Shown here: piece by piece, positions 51,365-62,779 of the stretch
Position numbering within the stretch: position 1 is the stretch's first letter
How the letters are laid out: each line of letters starts with the position of its first letter
Origin: Candidatus Omnitrophica bacterium UBA6215
GTDB taxonomy: Bacteria > Omnitrophota > Gorgyraeia > Pluralincolimonadales > Pluralincolimonadaceae
Reading direction: 5' to 3'
Assembly (NCBI GenBank): GCA_002421665.1
Contig: DISH01000004.1
Location: 152,025 to 216,024 of the forward strand
Length of the DNA stretch: 64,000 nucleotides
Translations under genes and position numbers: made by a program
The notes under the pieces: model-generated
Database searches by the model: none
What the model saw: the letters and a program-made list of their open reading frames with translations, nothing else
Told to the model about the DNA's origin: nothing

Positions 51365-52647
51365 CGATAATAAAACCTTTCAAGGGCTACAGGTATAATC
51401 CCAAGGCGGCAGGGAAGCTCTCAAGACTCATAACCCCTCCTTACGATGTTATAAGCCGTGAACAACAGGAAGGTTACTACCGCAGCAGTCCTTATAATTT
51501 CATCCGCCTGGACCTTGGAAAGGTCTTTGCCGGAGATAACCGTCGCGACAACAGGTATACGAGGTCCGGCAGGGTCCTGGAAGAGTGGCTTGCCAAAGGG
51601 ATCCTGGAAAAGGAGAGTGAAGATTCGGTTTATGTATACAGCCAACAGTACAGGATCGGCGGCAAAGTAAAGGACAGGATGGGTTTCATATCGTTGGCCA
51701 GGCTTGAGGAAGACCGTACGAAAGGTTTTCTGCCTCACGAGAAAACTTTTAAGGGGCCGAAGGCGGACAGGCTTGAGCTGATGAAAGAGACGCGAGCGAA
51801 CCTTAGCCCGGTATTCTCGATAGTATTTGATGAGGACCGTAAGATATTGAATATCCTAAGGAAAGCCGCTTGCAGTTCCAGGCCGGTCATAGATACGGTA
51901 TTCGAGGGGACCCGGAACAGGATATGGCGCATTACGGACCAAAGGACGATAAAGACGCTTTCCGGCCTGATGTCAAGGAAGAAGGCCCTGATCGCTGACG
52001 GGCACCATCGTTATGAAGTTGCCCTTGAATACAGGAGATTCAGGCAGGCTGCAGCCAGAAAAGCAGGACCTGCTGCCTGCGATTACCTTATGATGTATTT
52101 TGCCCCCTCGGATCCCGGGGGGCTTTCCATTTTACCCACCCACCGCATGGTAGAGGGACTCGCGGCGTCTGCCGTACTCAAAAATCTGGAAAAAGTAAGC
52201 GGATATTTTGATATAATAAGGGTCAACGGCAGGAAGCAGATGGAATCGCTTATAGGCTCCGGCGGCAGACATATAATAGGCGCTTATCTCGGAGGAAAGA
52301 ACTACCTGTGCCTTAAGTTGAAGCGTTCTGATGCAAGCGGGCTTATAGATTCCGGGAATTCGTCCTATTGGAGGAATTTGGATGTCGTGATCCTGCACCA
52401 TCTGGTATTCGAGAAAGCGCTCGGCCTGAAGGGAAAAAAGGCCGAGGAGGCTATAACGTTCACAAGGGACCCTGAGACAGCGTTCAGGTGGGCCGCTTCA
52501 AAAGCCAAACGGGCGGCTTTCTTCCTTAAGCCCCCGGAGCTCAAGGATATTTATAATATAGTCAGGTGCCGCGAGAGGATGCCGCACAAGACCACTTATT
52601 TTTATCCCAAACCGCCGTCCGGTCTTTTAATAAACAGGTTCGAATAA
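51361..52647 (+). CDS. DUF1015 domain-containing protein
   Basis: 428 aa; PFKGYRYNP start and ITPPYDVIS motif typical of DUF1015. Confidence 0.7.
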   Translation: MTIIKPFKGYRYNPKAAGKLSRLITPPYDVISREQQEGYYRSSPYNFIRLDLGKVFAGDNRRDNRYTRSGRVLEEWLAKGILEKESEDSVYVYSQQYRIGGKVKDRMGFISLARLEEDRTKGFLPHEKTFKGPKADRLELMKETRANLSPVFSIVFDEDRKILNILRKAACSSRPVIDTVFEGTRNRIWRITDQRTIKTLSGLMSRKKALIADGHHRYEVALEYRRFRQAAARKAGPAACDYLMMYFAPSDPGGLSILPTHRMVEGLAASAVLKNLEKVSGYFDIIRVNGRKQMESLIGSGGRHIIGAYLGGKNYLCLKLKRSDASGLIDSGNSSYWRNLDVVILHHLVFEKALGLKGKKAEEAITFTRDPETAFRWAASKAKRAAFFLKPPELKDIYNIVRCRERMPHKTTYFYPKPPSGLLINRFE

Positions 52648-52649
52648 AA

Positions 52650-53489
52650 ATGTTCGGAAAATCCAAATATACCATAGTCAAAGTGGCTAAGAAGAAAGAC
52701 ATTCCCGAAGGCCTCTGGACTAAGTGCGAGGACTGCGGGGAGATAATATACAATAAGGCCCTTGAGGAGAACATGAAGGTCTGTCCCAAGTGCGATTATC
52801 ATTTTGTCCTCAACGCTAACGAGAGGATAGCGATGCTTCTCGATGAGGGTAGTTTTGAGGAACGTGACGCCGCCCTGAGGCCTATGGACCCGCTGCTTTT
52901 CAAGGGCCCGAGGTCCTACGAGGACAAGCTCAAGGAAGACCAGATGGCGACCGGCCTCAATGAGGCCTGCATAAGCGGCAGGGGCTCCATAGAGGGCAAG
53001 AGGGTGATATTTGTAGTTACGGATTCCCGTTTCATAATGGGATCCATGGGTTCGGTTGTCGGAGAGAAGATCGCCAGGGCAACGGAGCTGGCGACTAACT
53101 TGAGGCTCCCTCTCGTGATCGTTTCGGGGTCGGGAGGAGGGGCAAGGATGTATGAGGGCCTTTTTTCGCTGATGCAAATGGCGAAGACCTCGGCTGCTAT
53201 TGCCAAACTTCACGAGGCAGGGGTCCCGTATATATCTGTCCTTACAAACCCGACCATGGCCGGGATAATGGCGAGTTTCGCCTCCCTCGGCGACGTGATA
53301 GTCGCCGAACCCAAGGCCCTGATAGGTTTTACTGGCCCAAGGGTGATCGAACAGACTATAAGGCAGAAGCTCCCGCCGGGGTTCCAGCGCTCCGAGTTCC
53401 TTTTGGATCACGGTTTGCTGGATATGATATTACACAGGAAGGACCTTAAAGCCGGGATAGCCCGGACAATAGAGTACCTTACCCCTTAA
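52650..53489 (+). CDS. accD: acetyl-CoA carboxylase carboxyltransferase subunit beta
   Basis: N-terminal Zn ribbon (CEDCGE...CPKCDYH) plus carboxyltransferase domain; ATG 52650. Confidence 0.92.
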   Translation: MFGKSKYTIVKVAKKKDIPEGLWTKCEDCGEIIYNKALEENMKVCPKCDYHFVLNANERIAMLLDEGSFEERDAALRPMDPLLFKGPRSYEDKLKEDQMATGLNEACISGRGSIEGKRVIFVVTDSRFIMGSMGSVVGEKIARATELATNLRLPLVIVSGSGGGARMYEGLFSLMQMAKTSAAIAKLHEAGVPYISVLTNPTMAGIMASFASLGDVIVAEPKALIGFTGPRVIEQTIRQKLPPGFQRSEFLLDHGLLDMILHRKDLKAGIARTIEYLTP

Positions 53490-53505
53490 GGCCCTTTAAG
53501 TACTG

Positions 53506-53534
53506 TTGACAGCATTTAACTTCTATTGTATCAT
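53506..53534 (+). promoter_or_regulatory. candidate sigma70 promoter (-35 TTGACA, 17 bp spacer, -10 TATCAT)
   Basis: TTGACA at 53506-53511 and TATCAT at 53529-53534, ~29 bp upstream of the ATG 53563 of the MalK-like gene; RBS AAGGAGG at 53551-53557. Confidence 0.45.
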
Positions 53535-53562
53535 TGGTTTAAATATACCCAAGGAGGTTTAA

Positions 53563-54666
53563 ATGGCGCAGGTCAGTCTCAGGCATGTCTCGAAAATATA
53601 TTCCGGCAATGTCAAAGCTGTTTGCGATGTTTCACTGGGCATAGAGAACAAGGAGTTCGTAGTATTCGTAGGTCCTTCCGGGTGCGGTAAATCTACTACT
53701 TTAAGGATGATAGCCGGGCTCGAGGAGATATCGGAAGGCGAGATATTTATCGGCGACAAGCTTGTCAACGATGTCCCGGCCAAGGACCGTGATATAGCGA
53801 TGGTATTCCAGAATTACGCCCTTTACCCGCACATGACCGTATATGAGAATATGGCGTTCGGATTGAAGCTGCGCAAATATTCAAAGGCTGAAATTGACCA
53901 GCGTGTAAAGGAGGCGGCCCAGACCCTTGGGATAGCGAAATATCTCAACAGAAGACCTAAGGAGTTGTCAGGCGGCGAGAGGCAGAGGGTTGCAGTCGGA
54001 CGAGCGATAGTCAGGAAACCGCTCGTCTTTTTGTTTGATGAGCCCCTTTCGAATCTTGACGCAAAAATGCGCGTACAGATGAGGACCGATATCAACAAGC
54101 TCCATACAAGGCTGCAGTCAACCATGATATATGTTACCCACGACCAGACGGAAGCCATGACCCTCGGCAACCGCATCGTAGTAATGAAGGACGGCGTGGT
54201 CCATCAGGTTGCGGACCCGATCTCATTATACGACAAGCCTGTCAATAAATTCGTCGCGGGTTTTATCGGCAGCCCGCCCATGAACTTCCTGAACGGCAAG
54301 GTTGTAAAGGTCGACGGTAAATATTATTTTGATGAAGGGACCTTCAAGGTCAAGATCGTTGACGATATGGTCCCAAAACTGTCATCCTACGAAGGAAAGG
54401 ACGTGGTATTCGGGGTGCGACCCGAGGATATCTATGACAAACTCTTTGTGCAGGAAGCTCCTCCCGAGAACACGGTAACGGCAAGGGTAGATGTTGTCGA
54501 GCCTATGGGTTCGGAGGTCTATCTGCACATGGCCACCCCAAAGCAGTCGTTCACCGCGCGTGTCGGAGGCCACGATAAACCTGAGGTCAACCATGATATT
54601 GACCTTGTCTTCGACATGAGCAAGATCCATTTCTTCGATAAGGACACCGAGAAAGCGATCATCTAG
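53563..54666 (+). CDS. sugar ABC transporter ATP-binding protein (MalK/UgpC family)
   Basis: Walker A GPSGCGKST, signature LSGGERQR, Walker B FLFDEP, C-terminal TOBE regulatory domain. Confidence 0.9.
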   Translation: MAQVSLRHVSKIYSGNVKAVCDVSLGIENKEFVVFVGPSGCGKSTTLRMIAGLEEISEGEIFIGDKLVNDVPAKDRDIAMVFQNYALYPHMTVYENMAFGLKLRKYSKAEIDQRVKEAAQTLGIAKYLNRRPKELSGGERQRVAVGRAIVRKPLVFLFDEPLSNLDAKMRVQMRTDINKLHTRLQSTMIYVTHDQTEAMTLGNRIVVMKDGVVHQVADPISLYDKPVNKFVAGFIGSPPMNFLNGKVVKVDGKYYFDEGTFKVKIVDDMVPKLSSYEGKDVVFGVRPEDIYDKLFVQEAPPENTVTARVDVVEPMGSEVYLHMATPKQSFTARVGGHDKPEVNHDIDLVFDMSKIHFFDKDTEKAII

Positions 54667-54667
54667 T

Positions 54668-56098
54668 TTGAAAAAAGCGAAATTCTTTTCAGGGATACTT
54701 GCGATAGCAGGTTTTCTCTTCGCATCTACTCTCATCGTTTCAGCCTGCCATCAATACCCTATTGAGTATTGGATATACGGGGTAGCCGGGTCGCTCCTTA
54801 TCCTGATCGATTTCCTGATCCTTGCCGCTTGGCTCGCCTTCGGCGAATGGGGACTGTGGATCTACGTAGGCCTTTCTTCCGTCCTTACGCTTTTCGTTAC
54901 CCTCGTTACCAACGCCAGGTGGCTTAACATCCAGATACTTGTCTTCCTGACGCTCGGCGCTTTCGTCACCATATTCAAGAACAGCATGGTCTCGTATATA
55001 CTGTCCGTGGACAGGCAGATCGGCAGCCTTGAAGAAGAGCGCAACGCGCTCCAGGCCGAATATTCATACATGCAGGGGACCAATGATGCCCTGAAAGAGA
55101 AGGTCATCAGGTACGCGACGCTCAAGGACCTTACCAGCAGGTTGAGTTCTACGCTTTCGCTTGAAGGCGTAATAGATATAGTGACCGATAATGTAAGTGA
55201 CCTGGTCGAGAAGGCCGACGGCTGCATACTGTTCCTTGTGGATGAGGATGCCCATGAGCTTGCACTTAAAGCCGCCAGGGCCAAGGACGGGCCGCTGTCG
55301 GTTAAGTCCAAGAAAGGGGATATATTCGACTTTTGGGTGTTGAAACAGCGTCAGCCGCTGCTGATCTCGGATACCGATAAGGATTTCAGGTTCAACCTGG
55401 ACCTTGTTCCCCACGAATTCAAGAGGGAGTTCAAGTCCCTGATCGCCGCGCCGCTTATCTCCCAGAAGAAGGTTATAGGTATTCTCAGGGTAGAGTCGAA
55501 AGAGGCCGAGGCGTATGTCTCCGACGACTTGAGGTTGCTTACTATCCTCTCGGACCTCGCCGCGATCGCGCTTGAGAACGCCAAACTTTACAGGCGTATC
55601 GAAGACCTGGCGATAAGCGACGGTCTTACCGGGTTGTATTGCCAGAGGTATTTCAAGGAGAGGCTGGACGAGGATACCGTCAAGGCGGCAAGGTTGAAAC
55701 AGCCGCTCTCGTTGTTGATGCTCGACATAGACGGATTCAAGACCTACAACGATAAGTACGGCCATACCGCAGGCGACATAGTCCTCAAATCCATAGGCGA
55801 GATATTGAAATCTTCCATAGAGCTTGGCGACCTCGCGGCAAGATACGGCGGGGAAGAGTTCGTGCTGATACTTTTCGGAAAAGGCAAGTCCGAGGCCAGG
55901 ACCCTTGGCGAAGGGATACGAAAGAAGATAGAATCGCAGAAGTTCGTACTGAGGCAGGTGGATACCCATGTCACCGTTTCAATGGGTTGCTCGTCCCTGC
56001 CCGAAGATGCGGTAACCAGGGACGAATTGATCAGGACAGCCGATGCCGCGCTATATGAAGCGAAATCGGGCGGAGGGAACCGCGTATGCCTGGCGTAG
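54668..56098 (+). CDS. membrane GAF-GGDEF diguanylate cyclase
   Basis: N-terminal TM helices, GAF-like domain, GGDEF domain with RYGGEEF active-site motif. Confidence 0.85.
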   Translation: MKKAKFFSGILAIAGFLFASTLIVSACHQYPIEYWIYGVAGSLLILIDFLILAAWLAFGEWGLWIYVGLSSVLTLFVTLVTNARWLNIQILVFLTLGAFVTIFKNSMVSYILSVDRQIGSLEEERNALQAEYSYMQGTNDALKEKVIRYATLKDLTSRLSSTLSLEGVIDIVTDNVSDLVEKADGCILFLVDEDAHELALKAARAKDGPLSVKSKKGDIFDFWVLKQRQPLLISDTDKDFRFNLDLVPHEFKREFKSLIAAPLISQKKVIGILRVESKEAEAYVSDDLRLLTILSDLAAIALENAKLYRRIEDLAISDGLTGLYCQRYFKERLDEDTVKAARLKQPLSLLMLDIDGFKTYNDKYGHTAGDIVLKSIGEILKSSIELGDLAARYGGEEFVLILFGKGKSEARTLGEGIRKKIESQKFVLRQVDTHVTVSMGCSSLPEDAVTRDELIRTADAALYEAKSGGGNRVCLA

Positions 56099-57537
56099 TC
56101 GATTCACGCAGGAAGTGGATATTTTCGGGGAAGGGAATATTTTTTCTGTTCTTCTTCCTTGCCTTGGCCAGGCCGGTCTATAGCGTTCTCTTTACTCCCA
56201 AGGCGACATACTTCCTTTTAAATGTGAACCTTTCCGTGATCGCGATAATCCCCGTGGCTTTTGAGTTCGGACCGGCCCAGGCCTATGTGATATCCGGCTG
56301 CGTAAGTGCGCTTACCTTTGTCTCGATGTTCTTTAACAGGGGTTCGGAACTGCCCTACCTGGCGTCGATACTTTTCATAAACCTCGTTCCGATGATACCG
56401 GTTTATTATAACAGGATATACAGCGAATTCTTCGCGAAGAAGAACGCTTCATACGCGGAATCCCGCGCCTCTTATGATGAGTTCACGACGGAATTGAAAG
56501 TGCTCAAGGACCTGAACATATCCCTCCAGAACCAGGTGCACGACATACTGGACCTTTATGAGGTTACAAAGAAGATGAGCGCCTCCCTGGAGATGGACGA
56601 TATGTTGAGGATATTCAGGGAAGCGGTCAATAAGATATCGAAATTCGTGACCGCCGAGGTCATACTGCTCGACGAATCCCAGGAGGCCGCGACCGCCAGG
56701 ATAACCTATGAGATACACAATCCCGCATCGAGCAGGCCTGTTACCGCGGATGTCCACAGCGGCCCGCCGAGCAAGTTTGACCAGCTGTTGGCCGAGACGG
56801 TGTCATCGCGCAAAGAGGTTATATATCTCAGGGCCCCGATAGACAATAGCCATCCTTTCAGGAAGCACCTGGGAGACGGCAGCAGGTCATTTATAGCCCT
56901 TCCTTTGCTGTCGGAAGGGATGCCCATAGGCATACTTACAATAGACGGGATAGACGAGGAACATACCGAGAGCTTCTCTATCCTTGCCGAACAGCTTTCG
57001 CTTGAGCTTAAAAAGATAAGCCTTTACGAAAGGGTCCAGGCTTTAGCCATAACCGACGGCCTTACCGGTATATATGTAAGGAGGCATTTCCTTGAAAGGT
57101 ATGCTGAGGATTTCGCAAGGTCGAAAAGGCACGGTCTTAAACTGTCGGTCCTCATGATAGACCTGGACCATTTCAAGCAGTGCAACGACACCTACGGCCA
57201 TCTCGTGGGGGATATAGTCCTGAAGGAAATAGCGAAAATAATGAAGGGCTATGTCCGGCAGGTTGACCTTATAGGCCGGTATGGCGGCGAGGAGTTTGTC
57301 ATAGCTTTGCCCGATACGGACAGGAACTCCGCCATAGCGGTCGCAGAGAGGATAAGGCAGGAGGTAGAGAACCATAAATTCAGAGCATACGACGAGACCA
57401 TAACGATGACAATAAGCATCGGGATAGCCACTTATCCCGATAACGGTGATGATGTCCAGATGCTTATAGACAAGGCCGACCAGGCACTTTACAAGGCCAA
57501 GGAAGAAGGCAGGAACAGGGTTATATACTGGCCCTGA
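56086..57537 (+). CDS. membrane GAF-GGDEF diguanylate cyclase (paralog)
   Basis: Same architecture as the upstream gene; RYGGEEF motif; exact start uncertain. Confidence 0.8.
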   Translation: MPGVVDSRRKWIFSGKGIFFLFFFLALARPVYSVLFTPKATYFLLNVNLSVIAIIPVAFEFGPAQAYVISGCVSALTFVSMFFNRGSELPYLASILFINLVPMIPVYYNRIYSEFFAKKNASYAESRASYDEFTTELKVLKDLNISLQNQVHDILDLYEVTKKMSASLEMDDMLRIFREAVNKISKFVTAEVILLDESQEAATARITYEIHNPASSRPVTADVHSGPPSKFDQLLAETVSSRKEVIYLRAPIDNSHPFRKHLGDGSRSFIALPLLSEGMPIGILTIDGIDEEHTESFSILAEQLSLELKKISLYERVQALAITDGLTGIYVRRHFLERYAEDFARSKRHGLKLSVLMIDLDHFKQCNDTYGHLVGDIVLKEIAKIMKGYVRQVDLIGRYGGEEFVIALPDTDRNSAIAVAERIRQEVENHKFRAYDETITMTISIGIATYPDNGDDVQMLIDKADQALYKAKEEGRNRVIYWP

Positions 57538-57582
57538 AATCTGTTGAAAAATAACCCGTTTTGAGTTAATATTAAACCCTCA

Positions 57583-58536
57583 ATGACCAAAAACGCTATA
57601 GGTATAGATCTGGGCGGTACTTACACAAAATTAGCCCTCGTAGATTCCAAAGGAAAGATAAAACACAGGTCAAGGCTTTCGACTACGGATTATGATTCGA
57701 GGGATTCTTTGCTGGAGGCTATTGCCTGTGAAATTCGCGCCCTTATCCAAAAGGCAGGGCTGACTCCCGGGAATATAGAAGGAATCGGGATAGGGGTGCC
57801 CGGTCTTGTCGATTTTAACAGGGGCCTGGTCTACGGCCTGACCAATGTCCGAGGGTGGAAAAATACCCCGCTTAAACTCCTTCTCGAAAGAAAACTTAAG
57901 ATCCCGGTCCTTGTAGATAACGACGTTAACATAATGGCCCTGGGCGAATGCAAGTTCGGGGCGGGCAGAGGTGCCCGCAATGCCGTTTGCATAACACTGG
58001 GTACGGGCGTGGGCGGAGGCATTATCATTGACGGCAGCCTGTACCGTGGTGCGACTTTTTCGGCGGGCGAGGTAGGCCACATGCCCCTTAAGGAAGACGG
58101 CCTGGCATGTAATTGCGGAGGTTACGGGTGCCTGGAACGCTATGTAGGTAACAGGCATATAGCTTCCGAGATGAAGTCCGCTATTAGGGCAGGCAGGGCG
58201 CCCGGAGTAAAGGCGATGGTAAAAGGCGACCTCTCATCGGTTACTCCGGAGATCGTCAGCAAGGCGGCCCGCAAGGGCGACAAAGCGGCCATAGCCTTAT
58301 GGGAGAAGATAGGCGGAAGGATAGGGACTACCCTTTCGGGTATAGTGAACCTTCTCAACCCCGAGATGATAATAATCGGCGGCGGCGTGGCTGATGCGGG
58401 CGAACCGTTATTCAGGCCCGTAAGGCGGACGGTTAAAAGGCGCTCGATGCGCATACCGGGGCGTGCCGTGAAGATATTGAAAGCTAAATTGGGCAACGAC
58501 GCAGGGATGATAGGCGCCGCAGCGCTCTTCTTTTAA
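57583..58536 (+). CDS. ROK family sugar kinase (glucokinase-like)
   Basis: [16 protein letters not shown] start, [10 protein letters not shown] zinc motif. Confidence 0.88.
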   Translation: MTKNAIGIDLGGTYTKLALVDSKGKIKHRSRLSTTDYDSRDSLLEAIACEIRALIQKAGLTPGNIEGIGIGVPGLVDFNRGLVYGLTNVRGWKNTPLKLLLERKLKIPVLVDNDVNIMALGECKFGAGRGARNAVCITLGTGVGGGIIIDGSLYRGATFSAGEVGHMPLKEDGLACNCGGYGCLERYVGNRHIASEMKSAIRAGRAPGVKAMVKGDLSSVTPEIVSKAARKGDKAAIALWEKIGGRIGTTLSGIVNLLNPEMIIIGGGVADAGEPLFRPVRRTVKRRSMRIPGRAVKILKAKLGNDAGMIGAAALFF

Positions 58537-58552
58537 AAATGAAAAGGCAACC

Positions 58553-59200
58553 ATGAAGATATTCATCGATACCGCCAATATAAAACACATAAAGGACGCC
58601 GTCGATATGGGTGTTGTCGACGGGGTGACCACCAACCCGACGCTTGTCTCGAAGGAATGCAGGCCCCTGATGGAGATCGTCAAGGATATTTGCGCCGTTG
58701 TCGACGGCCCGATAAGCGTGGAAGCCGTAAGCCTGGAATGCGCAGATATCGTCAAAGAAGCAAAAAAACTTGCGAAGATAGACAAGAACATAGTGGTGAA
58801 GATCCCGCTGGTTAAAGAGGGCCTTAAGGCCGTCAGGATACTGAGCGAAGAGAAGATAAAGACCAACGTAACATTGTGTTTCTCTGCCCCTCAGGCGCTC
58901 CTGGCTGCGAAGGCAGGCGCTACTTATGTCAGCCCGTTCGTGGGAAGGCTTGATGATATCGGCCAGCCCGGAATGGAGCTTATAAGGGATATGCGCAAGA
59001 TATATGATAATTACGGCATCAGGACTCAGATAATCGTGGCTTCAATACGCAATCCTTTGCACGTCATAGAGGCCGCTAAGGCCGGCGCGGATTGCGCCAC
59101 GATACCTTACGAAGTCCTCATGGGGCTCGTCAAACATCCCCTTACCGATATAGGAGTAGAACGTTTCTTGAACGATTGGAAGAAGGTACCAAATTGCTGA
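58553..59200 (+). CDS. tal: short-type transaldolase / fructose-6-phosphate aldolase
   Basis: [10 protein letters not shown]...[10 protein letters not shown] and catalytic Lys region VKIP; 215 aa. Confidence 0.9.
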   Translation: MKIFIDTANIKHIKDAVDMGVVDGVTTNPTLVSKECRPLMEIVKDICAVVDGPISVEAVSLECADIVKEAKKLAKIDKNIVVKIPLVKEGLKAVRILSEEKIKTNVTLCFSAPQALLAAKAGATYVSPFVGRLDDIGQPGMELIRDMRKIYDNYGIRTQIIVASIRNPLHVIEAAKAGADCATIPYEVLMGLVKHPLTDIGVERFLNDWKKVPNC

Positions 59201-61461
59201 AGAGAGCACTGCTTATAGCGCTTTTTACTTCTTGCGCGGCGGCGCTTACCTGTCCTTCGGCGGCGGCTTTCGATAAGAATAAGCTGCCTGCTTTGAATTT
59301 TGACAAGGAGAGCAAGGAGCCGGTCGTCATAAACGGCGATACGGTTGAATACAACGAAGGCGGCAAGATGGCAAGCGCTAACGGCAACGTCATAATAACC
59401 TACCAGGACCTCAAGGTGACCTGCACGAAGGCGATATTCCATTCCGACACAAAGGAAGTAGTCGCCGAAGGCGACGTTGTCCTGACCCAGGGCAGGAATT
59501 TTTTCAAGGGCGAGCGCGTTATATATAACATAGAGACAAAAACTGGGACTGTCCTCGATCCGAACGTATACATCGAGCCGGTTTTCTACGGCAAGGGCGA
59601 AAAGGCGGAAAAGCTCGGACAGGATGATTACTATATAAAGAGGGGATATGTCACTACATGTGACCATGAACATCCCCACTACAGGATACAGTCCAAGCAG
59701 CTGAATATATACCTGGATGACAGGGTAACCGCCAAGAACATTTTATTCTTCGTTGGGGATGTCCCCATAATGTATTTCCCTTATTACAGCCATTCCCTGA
59801 AAGACTACCACCCTGGGGTGACCGTTGTTCCCGGTAAAAATTCAGACTGGGGTTATTTCGTGCTTACCTCATGGCGTTATTACATAAACGAGAACCTCAG
59901 GGGCCGCATCCATATCGATTACAGGGAGAAGAGAGATTTTTCTTACGGCATTACCACGAATTACGGCACCGAGAAGTACGGGAGCGGCCTGTTCAGGTTC
60001 AATTATTTCGACGAAAAGAAATACAATATATGGAGCAACCGCCCGTATGAGGAGTCAAATTCTCCCAAGGGGAAGGATATCGAACGTTACCGCGCCCAAT
60101 TAAGGCATAAGTGGCAGATGGATCCCGTGACACAGGCGGTGGCCGAGTTCAATAAGATGTCGGACCCTAACGTCATAAAGGATTATTACATCCGAGACTA
60201 CCAGCGCGACATGGTCAGCAACAATTACGCGTCCGTGATCAGGACGGATGCGTTCTACACCACCAGTTTCCTCGTGCAGAAGAGGATGAACAGGTTCGAT
60301 TCGGTGGTCGAATATCTTCCGCAGGCGAAATTAGAGACCACGAGCATCAAGTTCGGCAAATCGAATTTCTATTATGACGGCGAGGTATCCGCCGCGAACC
60401 TTAACAAGGTGGAGGCTTCTCCGGTTAATTCGGTGGCTACCACCAACAGGTTCGACACCAAGAACCAGCTGTCTTACCAATCCAACCTGTTCGGATGGCT
60501 CGGGGTCAGGCCTTTTACCGGGACGAGGCAGACGTATTACAGCAGGGATCTCGAAGGCCAGAACGACCTGATAAGGGGCAATTTCTTCACCGGCGTGGAC
60601 TTGAATACGCGTTTCTATAAGACCTACAACATAAATTATAAAGGTATGAACATGGATATAAACGGCCTTAGGCACGTGATCTCCCCGACCGTCGAATATT
60701 ACTATTCGCACAGGCCTACGGTCAACTCCAGCAAACTTGGGCAGTTCGATGAGATCGATGAAGTCTCTTTTGCCAATGTCATATCGCCTTCGCTCGAGAA
60801 CAAACTCCAGACCAAGAGGATGGTCGGAGACAAGATGGAGACCGTGGATATAGCAAGGTTCGTGGTGGGCACCGATTATAATTTCGGGTTCGAAGACGAT
60901 AAAGGCGGCAAGCTCGGCAACTACTCGCTTTCCCTGGAATCGAAGCCTTATAATTGGCTGCGCATATTATCCAATTCCGTGTATAACCCGCATAGCGCGA
61001 GGTTCGATTCTTTCAGTTTTAATTTCGTGGGGAACCCTGAACTGGATTTCGACAACCAGGACCTGAGGGAGACCGTATATACGGATTTCAGGAGGAAGAC
61101 CTGGGGATATGCCGGTGGTTACAGGTGGGATAACGATCTTGGAAGCCTCCTGGAAGGGCAGTTCATGTTCAACGTGACTCCCAAGTGGAAGGTAACGGCT
61201 TACCACAGGTTGGACCTTAAGAGGTTCGGCACGGCCCCGGACGGGACCCCGAAGAAATACATAAACAGCATGGCCGAACAGGAGTACAGGCTCAGCCGCG
61301 ACTTGCACTGTTGGATAGGCGATTTCATGTATAATATATCGAGGGACCACGGGCATACTTTTATGATAGTCTTCAGGCTGAAGGCTTTCCCGGATGTTCC
61401 CGTCGAATTCGAACAAAACTATAACCCGCCGATGTTCGGCTCGTCGCTGCCGCCGGGTTAA
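59194..61461 (+). CDS. lptD: LPS-assembly protein LptD (OstA family); start uncertain (TTG 59194 / CTG 59197)
   Basis: Signal peptide [24 protein letters not shown], OstA N-domain (GDTVEYNE...GNVIITYQD...[10 protein letters not shown]), large C-terminal beta-barrel. The only in-frame ATG (59092) lies 108 nt inside tal. Confidence 0.8.
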   Translation: MLKRALLIALFTSCAAALTCPSAAAFDKNKLPALNFDKESKEPVVINGDTVEYNEGGKMASANGNVIITYQDLKVTCTKAIFHSDTKEVVAEGDVVLTQGRNFFKGERVIYNIETKTGTVLDPNVYIEPVFYGKGEKAEKLGQDDYYIKRGYVTTCDHEHPHYRIQSKQLNIYLDDRVTAKNILFFVGDVPIMYFPYYSHSLKDYHPGVTVVPGKNSDWGYFVLTSWRYYINENLRGRIHIDYREKRDFSYGITTNYGTEKYGSGLFRFNYFDEKKYNIWSNRPYEESNSPKGKDIERYRAQLRHKWQMDPVTQAVAEFNKMSDPNVIKDYYIRDYQRDMVSNNYASVIRTDAFYTTSFLVQKRMNRFDSVVEYLPQAKLETTSIKFGKSNFYYDGEVSAANLNKVEASPVNSVATTNRFDTKNQLSYQSNLFGWLGVRPFTGTRQTYYSRDLEGQNDLIRGNFFTGVDLNTRFYKTYNINYKGMNMDINGLRHVISPTVEYYYSHRPTVNSSKLGQFDEIDEVSFANVISPSLENKLQTKRMVGDKMETVDIARFVVGTDYNFGFEDDKGGKLGNYSLSLESKPYNWLRILSNSVYNPHSARFDSFSFNFVGNPELDFDNQDLRETVYTDFRRKTWGYAGGYRWDNDLGSLLEGQFMFNVTPKWKVTAYHRLDLKRFGTAPDGTPKKYINSMAEQEYRLSRDLHCWIGDFMYNISRDHGHTFMIVFRLKAFPDVPVEFEQNYNPPMFGSSLPPG

Positions 61462-61474
61462 GAGAGGGGAGATA

Positions 61475-62779
61475 ATGAAGATAGCCGTGGTAGGAGCGGG
61501 ATATGTTGGACTTGTTACGGCGGCATGCCTTGCAGACCTGGGCAACGATGTGGTTTGCAACGATATAGACGCCTCTAAGATATCTAAGCTCAACAGGGGC
61601 ATTATACCCATATATGAGCCAGGACTCGATGACCTTATTAAGAGGAACAGGAAAGAGAAGAGGATCAAGTTCACGACGAACCTTAAGAGCGCGGTCGAGG
61701 CCAGCGAGGTGACTTTTATTGCGGTCGGCACCCCGCCAAAGGAGAGCGGAGAGGCGGACCTGACATATATCGAGGCTGTCGCAAGGGACATAGCCCGCCA
61801 TATCAAATCTTACCATCTTGTCGTCGAGAAATCCACCACGCCGGTCGAGACCGGTATATGGATACGAAGGACCCTCGAGGCTTATGCCCGCAAGGGTGTT
61901 AAATTTGACGTCGCTTCCAACCCGGAGTTCCTGAGGGAAGGTTCGGCGATAGGCGATTTCATGAACCCGGACAGGATAGTGATAGGCGTAGAGAGCAAAA
62001 AGGCCGCCGCGATACTTACGGAACTTTACAGGCCGCTCGGCGCCGAGATAATAGTTACCAATATCAACAGCGCGGAGATAATCAAGCATGCCTCCAATTC
62101 TTTCCTCGCCACCAAGATCTCATTTATTAACGCCGTGGCGAATATATGCGAGAAAGCGGGAGCCGATGTGGAAGAGGTTGCAAGGGGAATGGGTCTCGAT
62201 AAGAGGATAGGGAGGTCTTTCCTTGACGCCGGCGTCGGTTTCGGGGGATTCTGTTTTCCCAAGGACATAGAGGCTTTCATACACATATCCGAGAAACTCG
62301 GTTATAATTTCGAGTTGCTCAAGGCTGTCAAGAGGATCAATGATTCGCAGAAGGCGCTGCTGGTCAGGAAGATAGAAAAGGCCGTATGGAACATCAAGTC
62401 CAAGAAGATAGCGGTACTGGGTCTCGCTTTCAAACCTAATACGGATGATATGAGGTTCGCTCCTTCGGTGGGTATAGTAGAAAAACTCAAGTCTGAAGGA
62501 GCGCATATTCAGGCGTACGATCCGCAGTCGATGACCCGCGCAAGGTCGCTTCCTGAGTTCAAGGGGGTTAAATTCTGCAAGGGTTCCTATGAGGCCCTTA
62601 AAGGCGCCGACTGTGCCGTGATCCTTACAGAATGGAATGAGTTCAAGGAGATAGACCTTAACAGGGTCAGGAAGATGATGAGGCAGCCGGTGATCGTGGA
62701 CGGCAGGAACATTTATGACCCGGCTAAGATGAAACAGGGGGGATTCAGGTATAGCTGCATAGGGAGGGCACAGCAATGA
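61475..62779 (+). CDS. ugd: UDP-glucose/GDP-mannose dehydrogenase family protein (UDP-glucose 6-dehydrogenase-like)
   Basis: MKIAVVGAGYVGL Rossmann start and catalytic GFGGFCFPKD motif; ATG 61475 after a purine-rich RBS. Confidence 0.9.
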   Translation: MKIAVVGAGYVGLVTAACLADLGNDVVCNDIDASKISKLNRGIIPIYEPGLDDLIKRNRKEKRIKFTTNLKSAVEASEVTFIAVGTPPKESGEADLTYIEAVARDIARHIKSYHLVVEKSTTPVETGIWIRRTLEAYARKGVKFDVASNPEFLREGSAIGDFMNPDRIVIGVESKKAAAILTELYRPLGAEIIVTNINSAEIIKHASNSFLATKISFINAVANICEKAGADVEEVARGMGLDKRIGRSFLDAGVGFGGFCFPKDIEAFIHISEKLGYNFELLKAVKRINDSQKALLVRKIEKAVWNIKSKKIAVLGLAFKPNTDDMRFAPSVGIVEKLKSEGAHIQAYDPQSMTRARSLPEFKGVKFCKGSYEALKGADCAVILTEWNEFKEIDLNRVRKMMRQPVIVDGRNIYDPAKMKQGGFRYSCIGRAQQ

